Assembly (NCBI GenBank): GCA_017461745.1
Contig: JAFTXE010000109.1
Span: 30,822-94,821 of the forward strand
Source of the DNA: Clostridia bacterium
GTDB lineage: Bacteria > Bacillota > Clostridia > Oscillospirales > CAG-272
Direction of reading: 5' to 3'
DNA: 64,000 nucleotides
This document shows, piece by piece, positions 17,537 to 27,828 of the stretch; position 1 is the stretch's first letter; each line of letters starts with the position of its first letter. Made by a program: the position numbers and the translations under genes. The notes under the pieces were generated by a model. That model saw only the letters and a program-made list of their open reading frames with translations, made no database searches and had not been told where the DNA came from.

Positions 17537-18691
17537 ATGGATAGAAAAAATATAGCCGTTCTTGGCTCAACAGGCTCGGTTGGTGAGCAAGCGCTCGATG
17601 TTGCAGATAAATTTGGATTTAACGTAAGTGCTATAAGTGCTAATAAAAACGTAAAAAGGGTAGAGGAACAGGCAAGAAAATTTAAGGTCTCTAAGGTAGC
17701 TATGGCTGATGAGAGTGCCGCGGCGGATATTAAAACTCGTTTGGCTGATACCGACGTTAAGGTATATACGGGCGAAGACGGAATATGCGAGATGATTAAC
17801 GCCGAGAAGCGTGACGTCGTTCTAAACTCCATTATTGGAGAGGCGGGCTTGTTGCCAACGCTTTCCGTTATAGATTCTGGTGCTCGTCTTGCTCTTGCAA
17901 ATAAAGAATCCTTGGTAGTAGCGGGCGAGATAGTAATGAAGGCGGCTAAAGAAAAAAACGTTGATATTTTGCCCGTTGACAGTGAGCATTGCGCAATATT
18001 CCAATGCTTGAAATCTGGAAAGGATGCCGAGGTAAAGAGTATTTTGCTTACAGCATCGGGAGGTCCGTTCTACGGTAAAAAGATTGATGAGCTACGCGAT
18101 ATTCGAGTTGAAGAAGCGTTGGCGCATCCAACGTGGAAGATGGGCGCAAAGATAACCATAGACTCAGCAACGCTTATGAATAAAGGCTTTGAGGTAATAG
18201 AAGCCGTGCATTTGTTCGGTGTTCCCGCTGAAAGAATCAAAGTTGTTGTTCACCGTGAAAGTATAATACATTCAATGGTTGAATATATTGATAATAGCGT
18301 GATAGCTCAGCTGTCCGTTCCCGATATGAGACTTTGTGCTCAGTATGCGGTAACGTATCCCGATCGCTGTGACGCAGTAATAGACGAGCTGAATTTGTTT
18401 GATATAGCCAAGCTGACCTTTGCAAAACCCGATACCGATACCTTTGCGTTGCTTAAATACGCAATTGACTGTGTGGGTAAGGGCGGTGCGCTTCCCGCAG
18501 TTCTCAACGCCGCAAATGAAGTGGCTGTTGCAGAATTTTTGAAGGGTGGAATAGGATTTTATACTATTACCGAAGCAGTTTGCTCGGTAGTGGATAAAAT
18601 GCAGAGTGCCAAGGACGTTTATACCTTGGACGGAATTATTTCCTGCGACAGAGAAGCAAGACAGCTTGCAAAAGCAGAGCTTGGAATATAA
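17537..18691 (+). CDS. dxr: 1-deoxy-D-xylulose 5-phosphate reductoisomerase
   Basis: 384 aa with IAVLGSTGSVG (NADPH binding), LANKESLV and HPTWKMG motifs. Confidence 0.95.
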   Translation: MDRKNIAVLGSTGSVGEQALDVADKFGFNVSAISANKNVKRVEEQARKFKVSKVAMADESAAADIKTRLADTDVKVYTGEDGICEMINAEKRDVVLNSIIGEAGLLPTLSVIDSGARLALANKESLVVAGEIVMKAAKEKNVDILPVDSEHCAIFQCLKSGKDAEVKSILLTASGGPFYGKKIDELRDIRVEEALAHPTWKMGAKITIDSATLMNKGFEVIEAVHLFGVPAERIKVVVHRESIIHSMVEYIDNSVIAQLSVPDMRLCAQYAVTYPDRCDAVIDELNLFDIAKLTFAKPDTDTFALLKYAIDCVGKGGALPAVLNAANEVAVAEFLKGGIGFYTITEAVCSVVDKMQSAKDVYTLDGIISCDREARQLAKAELGI

Positions 18692-18738
18692 TTTTTAGAA
18701 TGTGACAGCGGTGTTATTAAAGTTCGATTGGAGAATAT

Positions 18739-19791
18739 TTGATGTTAAGCTTTATCGGTTATTTTTTGATAATATTGCTGGTATTCGGTGTATTGATATT
18801 TATACACGAGCTTGGTCATTTTATGACCGCAAGGGCTTGCGGAGTTACCGTTAAGGAATTTGCTATTGGAATGGGTCCAAAGGTGCTGTCGTGGAATTCC
18901 AAAAAGCACGGTACGAAATATGCGTTAAGACTCTTACCCATAGGCGGATTTGTCAGTATGGAAAATGAGGACGGCTTGGATAGCGACGCTGACCCTAATG
19001 ACCCGAATTCCTTCTGCAACAAAAGCGTGCCTAAGCGTATGCTTATAACTATTGCGGGCGCAGCTATGAATTTATTGCTCGGGTTTGTAATAATGATGGT
19101 TATAGTCTTTGCGACCCGTAACCTCGGTTCAACTGTCGTGGCAAGATTTGCCGATAACGCTACGTCAAGCGAACAGCTTATGGTTGACGATGAGATACTC
19201 AAGGTAGGTAATACGAGAGTTCATACATGGAATGAGCTTGCCTATGAGATAATGAACTCGGGATATGAGCCGATAGACATTACCGTTAACCGAGCGGGTG
19301 AAAAAATAATTCTCAAGGACGTCGTTTTTTCGACCTTTGAGGATAGTGGAGCAACCTTTGGGCAGTATGATTTTGTACCTTACGCCGATGAGGTTAATTT
19401 CGGAAATCTTGTAAAGCATTCATTTTTCCGTTCGTTGTCTACGGTTAAAATGGTTTTGGATTCAGTAAAAGGCTTGGTAACGGGTAGGTTTGGTATTGAC
19501 GCTGTTTCGGGACCCGTGGGCGTCGTGGGAGTAGTCGAGGATGTTGCAAAGCAAGGCTTTATGAGCTTTTTGTATATTATAAGCGTTCTGACTATAAATC
19601 TTGGCGTGTTCAATTTGATTCCTTTTCCCGCGCTTGACGGCGGACGCTTCTTATTCCTGGCAATTGAGGGCGTACGAGGTAAGCCGATAAACAGAAACGT
19701 TGAAGCGTATATCAATCTCATAGGTATTATGCTTTTATTCGCATTTATGATATTTATAACTTTCAAGGACATTATGAACTTGATAAATTAA
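18739..19791 (+). CDS. rseP: RIP site-2 metalloprotease RseP/RasP
   Basis: 350 aa with the HELGH zinc motif in TM1, a central PDZ-like region and NLIPFPALDGG. The start is TTG 18739 or ATG 18742. Confidence 0.9.
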   Translation: MMLSFIGYFLIILLVFGVLIFIHELGHFMTARACGVTVKEFAIGMGPKVLSWNSKKHGTKYALRLLPIGGFVSMENEDGLDSDADPNDPNSFCNKSVPKRMLITIAGAAMNLLLGFVIMMVIVFATRNLGSTVVARFADNATSSEQLMVDDEILKVGNTRVHTWNELAYEIMNSGYEPIDITVNRAGEKIILKDVVFSTFEDSGATFGQYDFVPYADEVNFGNLVKHSFFRSLSTVKMVLDSVKGLVTGRFGIDAVSGPVGVVGVVEDVAKQGFMSFLYIISVLTINLGVFNLIPFPALDGGRFLFLAIEGVRGKPINRNVEAYINLIGIMLLFAFMIFITFKDIMNLIN

Positions 19792-19798
19792 GAGGATT

Positions 19799-20887
19799 AT
19801 GAAATATAACGATATAAGAAGAAAAACGCGAGAAATTAAAATAGGTAATAAGGTCATAGGAGCAAATAATCCTATCGCGATACAGTCTATGACCAATACG
19901 GATACGCACGATAAAGAGGCAACGTATGAGCAAATATCAGCTCTTGAGCGTATTGGCTGCGATATAGTAAGAATAACCGTTCCCGATATTGAGGCGGCTG
20001 ATACTATAGTATATCTCAAGGAAAAGGGCGTTAATATACCGATAGTTGCGGATATACATTTTGATTACCGTGTAGCTCTCAGATGTGCAGAGGTTGGCGT
20101 TGATAAGATTCGCATAAATCCAGGAAATATAGGTGACGACGAGAGAGTCAAGGCGGTTTGTGAAGCTTGCAAAAAGAAGAATATTCCTATACGCATAGGA
20201 GTGAACGGCGGTTCTCTTGAAAAGGAAATACTTGCTAAATACGGTTCTCCTACACCCGAAGCTCTTTGCGAAAGCGCAATGTACCATGTCTCACTGTTGG
20301 AAAAATTTGATTTTTATGATACCGTAGTATCAATGAAGGTGTCTGACCCATATAAAATGATACTTGCTAATCGTTTGCTCGCAGAGCGTTGCGACTATCC
20401 ATTGCACCTCGGTGTTACGGAAGCGGGAGGAAAGGAGCGCGGTTCAATAAAGAGCGCTGTCGGAATAGGTTCGTTGCTTTGCGACGGAATAGGAGATACT
20501 ATAAGAGTTTCTCTTACGGATAACCCGCTTGAAGAAATAAAAGCGGCAAGACAGATAATTCAGGCGGTAGGAATAGAAGGACAGTCGGGGCTTGATATAG
20601 TAAGCTGTCCTACCTGCGGAAGAACTAAAATAGACCTTATACCCTTAGTTGCCGCTTTTGAAGCCGCGGCAGAGAAGGAAGGTTTACTTAACGTTCCGAT
20701 TAAAGTGGCTATTATGGGCTGTGTAGTAAACGGTCCCGGAGAAGCTAAGGAAGCTGACGTTGGAATAGCGGGCGGCAAGGGTGATGCCGTGCTTATCCGC
20801 AAGGGTGAGATAATAAGAAAAATATCCGAAGGTGATATCGTTGAGTGCTTGATTGGAGAGGTCAAAAGGCTCAAAGAAAATTTATAA
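19799..20887 (+). CDS. ispG: 4-hydroxy-3-methylbut-2-en-1-yl diphosphate synthase
   Basis: 362 aa with IAIQSMTNT, RINPGNIG and CPTCGR ... GCVVNGPGE (Fe-S cysteines). Confidence 0.95.
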   Translation: MKYNDIRRKTREIKIGNKVIGANNPIAIQSMTNTDTHDKEATYEQISALERIGCDIVRITVPDIEAADTIVYLKEKGVNIPIVADIHFDYRVALRCAEVGVDKIRINPGNIGDDERVKAVCEACKKKNIPIRIGVNGGSLEKEILAKYGSPTPEALCESAMYHVSLLEKFDFYDTVVSMKVSDPYKMILANRLLAERCDYPLHLGVTEAGGKERGSIKSAVGIGSLLCDGIGDTIRVSLTDNPLEEIKAARQIIQAVGIEGQSGLDIVSCPTCGRTKIDLIPLVAAFEAAAEKEGLLNVPIKVAIMGCVVNGPGEAKEADVGIAGGKGDAVLIRKGEIIRKISEGDIVECLIGEVKRLKENL

Positions 20888-20947
20888 GTAATAATTACAC
20901 GGATGCACGGTGTGTATCCGTGTGATTTTAAAGAAAAGGAGCGAAAA

Positions 20948-23900
20948 ATGTCGCAAAAAACTTTGAAGGAGCTGTTGCATAAATATTTGCCGCCTAAAGA
21001 ATTTGAAAGTATTCTTGACGGCGGACTCGTCACGCGCTCAAGAGTAGATAAGGAAAAGCGCTTACTTGAGGTCTTTGCAGATTTTAAGGTAATAATACCC
21101 AAGGACGAGCTGTATGCATTGGAAGCAGAGGTAACGGCGGCATATAAGCTTAATAGCTTTAAGCTTTTTCCGCATTATCCCGAACAGCTTTTTAAAAGTG
21201 AATATATACCCGAAATATTGCGAGAGACAGAGCGCCAAGGCTTTGTCGCAAGAGGCTTTTTTTCAGACTATACGTATACGCTCGACGGTAATAAGCTAAA
21301 TATACAAATAGCTTTTCCGAGAAACGGTGTTGTACTTCTTGAAAAGGCGGAAACTCCGCGTATTATAGAGGCAATAATAAAAAGCGAATTTGGAGTTTTT
21401 GTTGAGGTAACTATAACCCACGATGAATATAGTACACTTGAAATGTCCGACTCGCAAAAGCAGCTACTTGAAGAATACGACAGACAAATCATTGAAGCTG
21501 ATAAAACCTACGGTATGCATAGCGCGGAAAAGGCGCAGGAATGGCATAGCGCTTCAAATCAGCCTGCTGAGGAAAAGCTACCGAGATTAAGCTCGGTATT
21601 TGGCGAGGATAATGCTCAGATAAAAAAAGAAAACGGTATAATTACAATAGGATACCGTAGTTTTGACGTGTCTTCGCCGAATTACGTAATCGGTACGCGT
21701 TTTGAAATAAATCCCGTGCCGATAGCCTCGGTTACCAAGCCTGTAAGAAACGTAACCTTCGTCGGAGAAATTTTTGAATTAACCAAGGAAGCAAACAGAG
21801 CAGGGGATAAAATAAATTTATCCTTCGCAATATTTGACGGAGATTCCTCTATTTACGTCAAGCATTATTCAATGCTTCCCGAGGATGCGTCTGAGGTTTG
21901 CTCGGCTATATCCAAAGGTATGGCGGTAGCTGTTCACGGATATACAAAAAATGAGAGAAATGACGACGAGATATATATGAGCTACTCGGATATAGCCGTT
22001 ATTTCCTCTATTCCTCGTAAGGATAATGCACCCGAAAAACGAGTTGAGCTTCATTTACATACCAATATGTCGAGTATGGACGCACTTATACCGCCCGATG
22101 TTATAGTAAAGACGGCGCAAAAATGGGGACATTCTGCCGTTGCTATTACGGACCACGGAAACGTTCAAGGCTTTCCTGAGGCAATGCTCGCCGCAGATAA
22201 GTGTGGAATGAAGGTCATATACGGCATGGAAGCGTACTTTGTAAATAATACCGCCAGCGCCGTGTACGGTAAATACGAGGGCGATTTTACGGACGAAATG
22301 GTGGTCTTTGATATAGAGACTACGGGTCTTTCCAAAAAGGATTGTAAGATAACGGAAATAGGTGCTGTAAAGATAAAAAACGGCGAGATAATCGATAGAT
22401 ATAATACGTTCGTCAATCCTCAGTGCCCAATCCCCGAGGAGATTCAGAAGCTTACGTCTATTACCGACGATATGGTTGCGGATGCGCCTACTATTGACGT
22501 CGTGCTTCCCGAATTTTTCGCCTATGTTGGCGAATGCCTTCTCGTTGCCCATAATGCAGATTTTGATACGGGTTTTATAAGAGTTGCGGCTGAGCAATGT
22601 GGAATTGAATTCAATAACCCGTATCTTGATACCTTAGCTCTTTCAAAATATATAAATCCCGATTTGAAGTCTCATAAGCTTAATATACTTGCAAAGCATT
22701 ATAAGCTTGAGGATTTCCATCATCACAGAGCCTGTGATGACGCTGAAATACTTGCGAAAATATATTTTTCAATGGTAGCTCAAATGCTTGAGTCTGATAT
22801 AAATAATTTTAACGACTTAGGCAACGAAATGCGGACAAAAGCAGACCCTCTTACACTAAAAACATACCATCAAATAATACTCGTAAAAAATCAAGTCGGA
22901 CTTAAAAATCTTTATAAGCTTATTTCTTCAAGCTATCTTAAGTACTTTCACCGCTTTCCGAGAATACCCAAAACGGAGCTTGAAGAGTATAGAGAAGGAC
23001 TTATTATTGGCTCTGCTTGCGAGGCGGGCGAGGTATTCCGAGCAATTCTTGATAATAAGCCCGAGAAGGAAATTGAAGATATCGTAAATTTTTACGATTA
23101 TCTTGAAATTCAGCCTATATGCAATAACCGCTTTCTTATCGCTGAAGGAAGCGTTGCCGACGACGAGGGCTTGCGGGAGCTTAACCGAAAAATAGTAGCG
23201 TTAGGCGAAAAATATAATAAGCCCGTTGTGGCAACGTGCGATGCTCACTTCCTTAATAAAGAAGACGAAATATTCAGAAAAATTCTGTTGGCAGGTCTTA
23301 AGTTCAAGGATTACGATAGAGATATAAACCTTTATTTCAGAACCACCGAGGAAATGCTTGAGGAGTTCTCGTATCTTGGAGAGGAAAAGGCAAGGGAAGT
23401 AGTAATAACCAATACGAATCTTATCGCAGATATGATAGGTGACGTTCGTCCTATCCCCAAGGGCTCGTATACTCCTCATATGGATGGAGCGGAGGAAGAG
23501 CTTCAGGAGATATGCTGGAACAGAGCAAAGTCAATGTATGGAGAAGATCTTCCCGATATTGTAAAGAACAGACTTGATAAAGAGCTGACGTCTATAATCA
23601 AAAACGGTTTTGCGGTGCTTTATATGATAGCGCAGAAGCTTGTGTGGTATAGCGAAAGCCAAGGATATCTCGTCGGCTCGCGTGGCTCTGTGGGCTCGTC
23701 CTTTGTAGCTACGATGGCGGGAATTTCCGAGGTAAATCCTCTTCCGCCGCATTACTATTGCCCTAAATGTCAGCATTCCGAATTCTTTACCGATGGAAGC
23801 GTAGGCTCCGGATTTGACCTTCCCGATGGAGTTTGTCCCAAGTGCGGAACTAAATATAACGCCGACGGACATGATATTCCTTTCGAGACGTTCCTCGGAT

Positions 23901-25339
23901 TTTACGGCGATAAATCTCCCGATATAGACCTTAACTTTTCGGGTGACGTTCAAGGAAAGGTGCATAAATATACCGAGGAGCTTTTCGGAGCTGAAAACGT
24001 GTTCAGAGCGGGAACTCTCGGAACGCTTGCCGATAAGACCGCTTACGGATTTATCGCCAAATATTTTGAGCAAAAGGGCGTAAGTCTTGGTAGAGCGGAA
24101 ATGGAAAGAATGATACAGAATTGCGTAGGTGTTAAGCGAACTACGGGACAGCACCCGGGCGGTATTATAGTTATTCCGAGAGAATACGAGGTCTATGATT
24201 TTACTCCCGTTCAGCACCCCGCAGATGACCCTCATTCAGATACGGTCACCACGCACTTTGCTTTTTCCTATCTACACGATACCATTCTTAAGCTCGATGA
24301 GCTTGGACACGATATTCCGACCAAATATAAATATCTTGAGACCTTCTCAAATACCAGCGTTATGGACGTTCCTATGAACGATCCCGACGTATACGAATTG
24401 TTTGCGTCTACCAAGCCTCTCGGCGTAAAGCCCGAAGATATTGATGCTCAGATAGGAACGTTTGGTCTGCCCGAATTCGGAACACGCTTTTTGCAGCAGG
24501 TTCTTATAGAAGCAAAGCCCAAAAACTTTGCAGACCTTTTGCAGATATCGGGTCTTACGCACGGAACTGACGTGTGGCTTGGAAACGCACAGGACCTTAT
24601 CAAAGAAGGTATATGCGATATTTCTCAGGTTATAGGTACGCGAGACGGTATCATGCTTGACCTTATTCGTTACGGCTTGGAAAATGCTCTTGCGTTTAAG
24701 ATAATGGAAAGTGTACGAAAGGGAAAAGGACTTACACCTGAATGGGAAGCGGAAATGCGAGCGCACGATGTTCCCGAATGGTATATTGGTTCTTGTAAAA
24801 AAATCAAATATATGTTCCCCAAGGCGCATGCCGCCGCATACGTTATGTCGGCGATACGTCTCGGTTGGTATAAGGTTCATATTCCGATAGCGTTTTATTG
24901 TTCAATGTTTACCGTAGCACCGGGCGCTTTTGATGCGGAAGTCGTCATGAAAGGAAGAAGCGGCGTTGTGGCTACTATTAAGGATATAGAGAAGCGCGGT
25001 AAGGAAGCGTCCCCCAAGGAGCAAAGCTCTATTCCTGTGCTTCAGCTTATAAACGAATGTATGGCAAGAGGAATAAAGTTTTTGCCCATAGATATCGAGA
25101 AGTCGGATGCTTATAAATTCTATCCCGAAAACGGAGCAATACGAATGCCTTTTTCAGCACTACCGGGACTTGGAGATAATGCCGCGCTGAATATAATAGC
25201 GGCAAGAGACGAAGAGAAATTTTTCTCGGTAGATGATTTAAGAATAAGAGCTAAGCTTACTAAGAGCGTTATAGAAATACTCAGGAAGAATCATGTGCTC
25301 GATAATCTTAACGAGACCGATCAATTGACATTTTTCTAA
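20948..25339 (+). CDS. polC: DNA polymerase III PolC-type (Gram-positive replicative polymerase with intrinsic exonuclease)
   Basis: 1463 aa counted from ATG 20948, with an AAGGAG RBS. It has the PHP motif VELHLHTNMSSMD, the exonuclease motif VVFDIETTGLS ... HNADFD ... HRACDDA and a zinc finger CPKCQH...CPKCG. Confidence 0.95.
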   Translation: MSQKTLKELLHKYLPPKEFESILDGGLVTRSRVDKEKRLLEVFADFKVIIPKDELYALEAEVTAAYKLNSFKLFPHYPEQLFKSEYIPEILRETERQGFVARGFFSDYTYTLDGNKLNIQIAFPRNGVVLLEKAETPRIIEAIIKSEFGVFVEVTITHDEYSTLEMSDSQKQLLEEYDRQIIEADKTYGMHSAEKAQEWHSASNQPAEEKLPRLSSVFGEDNAQIKKENGIITIGYRSFDVSSPNYVIGTRFEINPVPIASVTKPVRNVTFVGEIFELTKEANRAGDKINLSFAIFDGDSSIYVKHYSMLPEDASEVCSAISKGMAVAVHGYTKNERNDDEIYMSYSDIAVISSIPRKDNAPEKRVELHLHTNMSSMDALIPPDVIVKTAQKWGHSAVAITDHGNVQGFPEAMLAADKCGMKVIYGMEAYFVNNTASAVYGKYEGDFTDEMVVFDIETTGLSKKDCKITEIGAVKIKNGEIIDRYNTFVNPQCPIPEEIQKLTSITDDMVADAPTIDVVLPEFFAYVGECLLVAHNADFDTGFIRVAAEQCGIEFNNPYLDTLALSKYINPDLKSHKLNILAKHYKLEDFHHHRACDDAEILAKIYFSMVAQMLESDINNFNDLGNEMRTKADPLTLKTYHQIILVKNQVGLKNLYKLISSSYLKYFHRFPRIPKTELEEYREGLIIGSACEAGEVFRAILDNKPEKEIEDIVNFYDYLEIQPICNNRFLIAEGSVADDEGLRELNRKIVALGEKYNKPVVATCDAHFLNKEDEIFRKILLAGLKFKDYDRDINLYFRTTEEMLEEFSYLGEEKAREVVITNTNLIADMIGDVRPIPKGSYTPHMDGAEEELQEICWNRAKSMYGEDLPDIVKNRLDKELTSIIKNGFAVLYMIAQKLVWYSESQGYLVGSRGSVGSSFVATMAGISEVNPLPPHYYCPKCQHSEFFTDGSVGSGFDLPDGVCPKCGTKYNADGHDIPFETFLGFYGDKSPDIDLNFSGDVQGKVHKYTEELFGAENVFRAGTLGTLADKTAYGFIAKYFEQKGVSLGRAEMERMIQNCVGVKRTTGQHPGGIIVIPREYEVYDFTPVQHPADDPHSDTVTTHFAFSYLHDTILKLDELGHDIPTKYKYLETFSNTSVMDVPMNDPDVYELFASTKPLGVKPEDIDAQIGTFGLPEFGTRFLQQVLIEAKPKNFADLLQISGLTHGTDVWLGNAQDLIKEGICDISQVIGTRDGIMLDLIRYGLENALAFKIMESVRKGKGLTPEWEAEMRAHDVPEWYIGSCKKIKYMFPKAHAAAYVMSAIRLGWYKVHIPIAFYCSMFTVAPGAFDAEVVMKGRSGVVATIKDIEKRGKEASPKEQSSIPVLQLINECMARGIKFLPIDIEKSDAYKFYPENGAIRMPFSALPGLGDNAALNIIAARDEEKFFSVDDLRIRAKLTKSVIEILRKNHVLDNLNETDQLTFF

Positions 25340-25349
25340 ATCCTTTAGG

Positions 25350-25422
25350 GGCTGTCGCATTTAGTGCAGAACAAAAACACATGAATTCTGCTTCTGAATG
25401 TAGCAGCTCCTTTTGCTTTTTT
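25350..25422 (+). terminator. polC intrinsic terminator built from repeat-family copy B
   Basis: The 5' arm gctgtcgcatttagtgcagaa (repeat family) pairs with ttctgcttctgaatgtagcagc. That gives 6 bp, a bulge, then 14 positions with a single C/A mismatch (the other 13 pair, counting G-U). A ttttgctttttt tract follows. Confidence 0.7.
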
Positions 25423-25520
25423 CATTACGATTATGTAAAAATTCAAAAAAAGCATTTATTTTTTCTTTAGATTATGTTATAATATATTCTGTATCAGTGT
25501 TTGAGAAAGGAGGCGTAGCC

Positions 25521-27803
25521 GTGAAAAAAATTATATGCTTTATTTTAAGTATTTTGATGACAGCTGCTTGGGTTTTACCCTCGGTATATGCTTCCGAGGC
25601 AGATACTGCGCAGAATGACAATATACTTTTAAATGCCGTTACGTATACATGTATTCATGATGTAAAAAACAGCAGAGTTGTCATTGAAGGAACTGTTAAG
25701 CATGACTTTATGATAAGTCATGGAGATTATACAATAAAAGTATTTTCGATACTTCCCGGTAAGGACATTATTTCAGTTATAAACAACGAGAATACAGAGC
25801 CCTTGGCGGAGTCCGCCATGTCGGTAAAGTTTACGTTTTATATTGACGTAAGCGCTACTCTTGAGCGTTACTCAAAGTATGCAATAGTATTTTCATCCTC
25901 TGACGGAACGGATTATCTCGCTGCCGAGCCCATGCTGCCTTCTATATCCTCAGATTTTGAATATCAACGCGGAGACAGAAGCGGCTTTAAAGGTGTACTT
26001 GTAGATAGCTCCTTGGAAATAGGAGATTCGGGGGCGGGAACTGTAGTTATTGACGTCGATATAACCAAAACCGTGGGAAATGCCGCTGACAGTATACTTT
26101 TTCCAATGAAAGATACGTATATACATATTAGTAAATCGTATATAACCTCAATAGATAAAAAGGCTCAATCCGCGGCTCTTACCGGCGCGAAGGTATATAT
26201 GAGACTTCTGCTCGCTGCTTCCGATAGAACGTATGCTGTCGCATATTCCGAGGAGGCGGGGAAATATAGCATTCCAAACCTTCATTCCGAGTCAGTGCTC
26301 GATTATATTTTTACAATCTCTGCATTTCTTGCTGAGAGATATGACAGTGCTTACGGAAAAATACACGGCGTTATTCCCGGAATAAAAATTGACGACGTAG
26401 AAAATACAAATTCTATAGGCAATATGACCTCAGAGCAATACGCCGATATGTATACGTTGTATCTTGTTGTCGTAGGCAATGCGGTGCGTTCAATAAATAC
26501 CGAAATCGATATCGTTATTCCTCTTTCAAATATAAACGACTATTCGTCTGATTACTATGCCGATAAGACGATAAGAGCATCTGAGCTTTTTGAAAAAATA
26601 ATGTACAGACTTGACGAAAACGTTTCAGGTAGTTTTAGCTGTTCAGTTATGATAGAAGCGGATATAGCTCCGTTGGGCATAAATAATAATATGATTTCTA
26701 AGGGTATTGACGTTGATTATGAGCACGACAGCTTGCATATAAACTCTGATAATATAAGCGTATTCAGCACTTACTTAAATAAGCTTTCCAAGAAGTACGA
26801 TTGTATTCCGTCAAATATTATCTATATGTGGAACGTAGATAAGTCCTTGAGTGGAAATGCGCTTTGCTGTGCATATGTGTACGATTACTTAAAATTAGTT
26901 TCAAATAAGGACGTTTCCTCATTTATTGTAAGCTTTGGACAAGAAGCATATAAGAATTTCCGTAGCTTAAAAAGGGTATTACAGCTTATTGACTCTCAAT
27001 CCGCCGAGGATACGATCGCTCCGTTAGCAAAATATTTCGGTATGAATACGTGGAGCGAAATTATGGAGGATACGTATGATAATCCCGTTTTGCAAACGTT
27101 TATTACGGAGAGCTTTTCCGTAGAGTCTCCGTATGATATTCTTGGTGAATTTCAATATGTAGACTTTGCGTCCTCATCTGTATTTAACTGTATGACTGTC
27201 GGACAGAATTGTGACTACATTCGTTCCGAATATAATTCAGTAGGAACACGCGCTCTGAATATGGGAGTGGCAGCAATGAAGGTCGGAGATGCGGCTGAAA
27301 GCATCTGCCGTTTTGAATATCCTGAAGATTACATATATACGCCGTACGTTTCTTTAAATGTTGCTATTGCGGATAAAAAAGCAAGAGCTGATGCGCTTTA
27401 TGAGATAACACTTACTCTCGGAATGGATAAATCAAGAGTGGTGGCAACAGGAATACTAAGAAACGGTGAAAACGCCGAGTTGTTCTTTGATATTTCGGAT
27501 TTCTCGGAAATATCAATGTCAAACTATATAAAGGTAAGTGCAAGGTGCCTTACAGATGATACCGAAGGATTTTCCTTATGGCTACACGAAATTAAAGGAT
27601 ACAGTGATGAATACGATAGCGAAGAGCTTGAATCACTTATTGAAGCAAGAAGATTGCAGATACGGAATGAAGACGTTGAGGACAGCGGCTTTGATTACGC
27701 ATTTATAATTACTGTAGTTGGTATAGTATTTGCGGCTGCGGCGGTTGCGGTCGGATTGATGATAGTTTTCAGACGTGACGATGATGTCGAGGAAGAAGAG
27801 TGA
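25521..27803 (+). CDS. Hypothetical large secreted, C-terminally membrane-anchored protein
   Basis: 760 aa counted from GTG 25521. An AAAGGAGG RBS and an extended -10 TGtTATAAT lie upstream, and the ORF-track start at 25413 lies within the polC terminator T-tract. A signal peptide is present (KKIICFILSILMTAAWVLPSVYASEA). A C-terminal TM helix (AFIITVVGIVFAAAAVAVGLMIVF) is followed by an acidic tail (RRDDDVEEEE). Confidence 0.6.
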   Translation: MKKIICFILSILMTAAWVLPSVYASEADTAQNDNILLNAVTYTCIHDVKNSRVVIEGTVKHDFMISHGDYTIKVFSILPGKDIISVINNENTEPLAESAMSVKFTFYIDVSATLERYSKYAIVFSSSDGTDYLAAEPMLPSISSDFEYQRGDRSGFKGVLVDSSLEIGDSGAGTVVIDVDITKTVGNAADSILFPMKDTYIHISKSYITSIDKKAQSAALTGAKVYMRLLLAASDRTYAVAYSEEAGKYSIPNLHSESVLDYIFTISAFLAERYDSAYGKIHGVIPGIKIDDVENTNSIGNMTSEQYADMYTLYLVVVGNAVRSINTEIDIVIPLSNINDYSSDYYADKTIRASELFEKIMYRLDENVSGSFSCSVMIEADIAPLGINNNMISKGIDVDYEHDSLHINSDNISVFSTYLNKLSKKYDCIPSNIIYMWNVDKSLSGNALCCAYVYDYLKLVSNKDVSSFIVSFGQEAYKNFRSLKRVLQLIDSQSAEDTIAPLAKYFGMNTWSEIMEDTYDNPVLQTFITESFSVESPYDILGEFQYVDFASSSVFNCMTVGQNCDYIRSEYNSVGTRALNMGVAAMKVGDAAESICRFEYPEDYIYTPYVSLNVAIADKKARADALYEITLTLGMDKSRVVATGILRNGENAELFFDISDFSEISMSNYIKVSARCLTDDTEGFSLWLHEIKGYSDEYDSEELESLIEARRLQIRNEDVEDSGFDYAFIITVVGIVFAAAAVAVGLMIVFRRDDDVEEEE

Positions 27804-27828
27804 TTTTTTAGAAAGGCGGTGAGCGACG

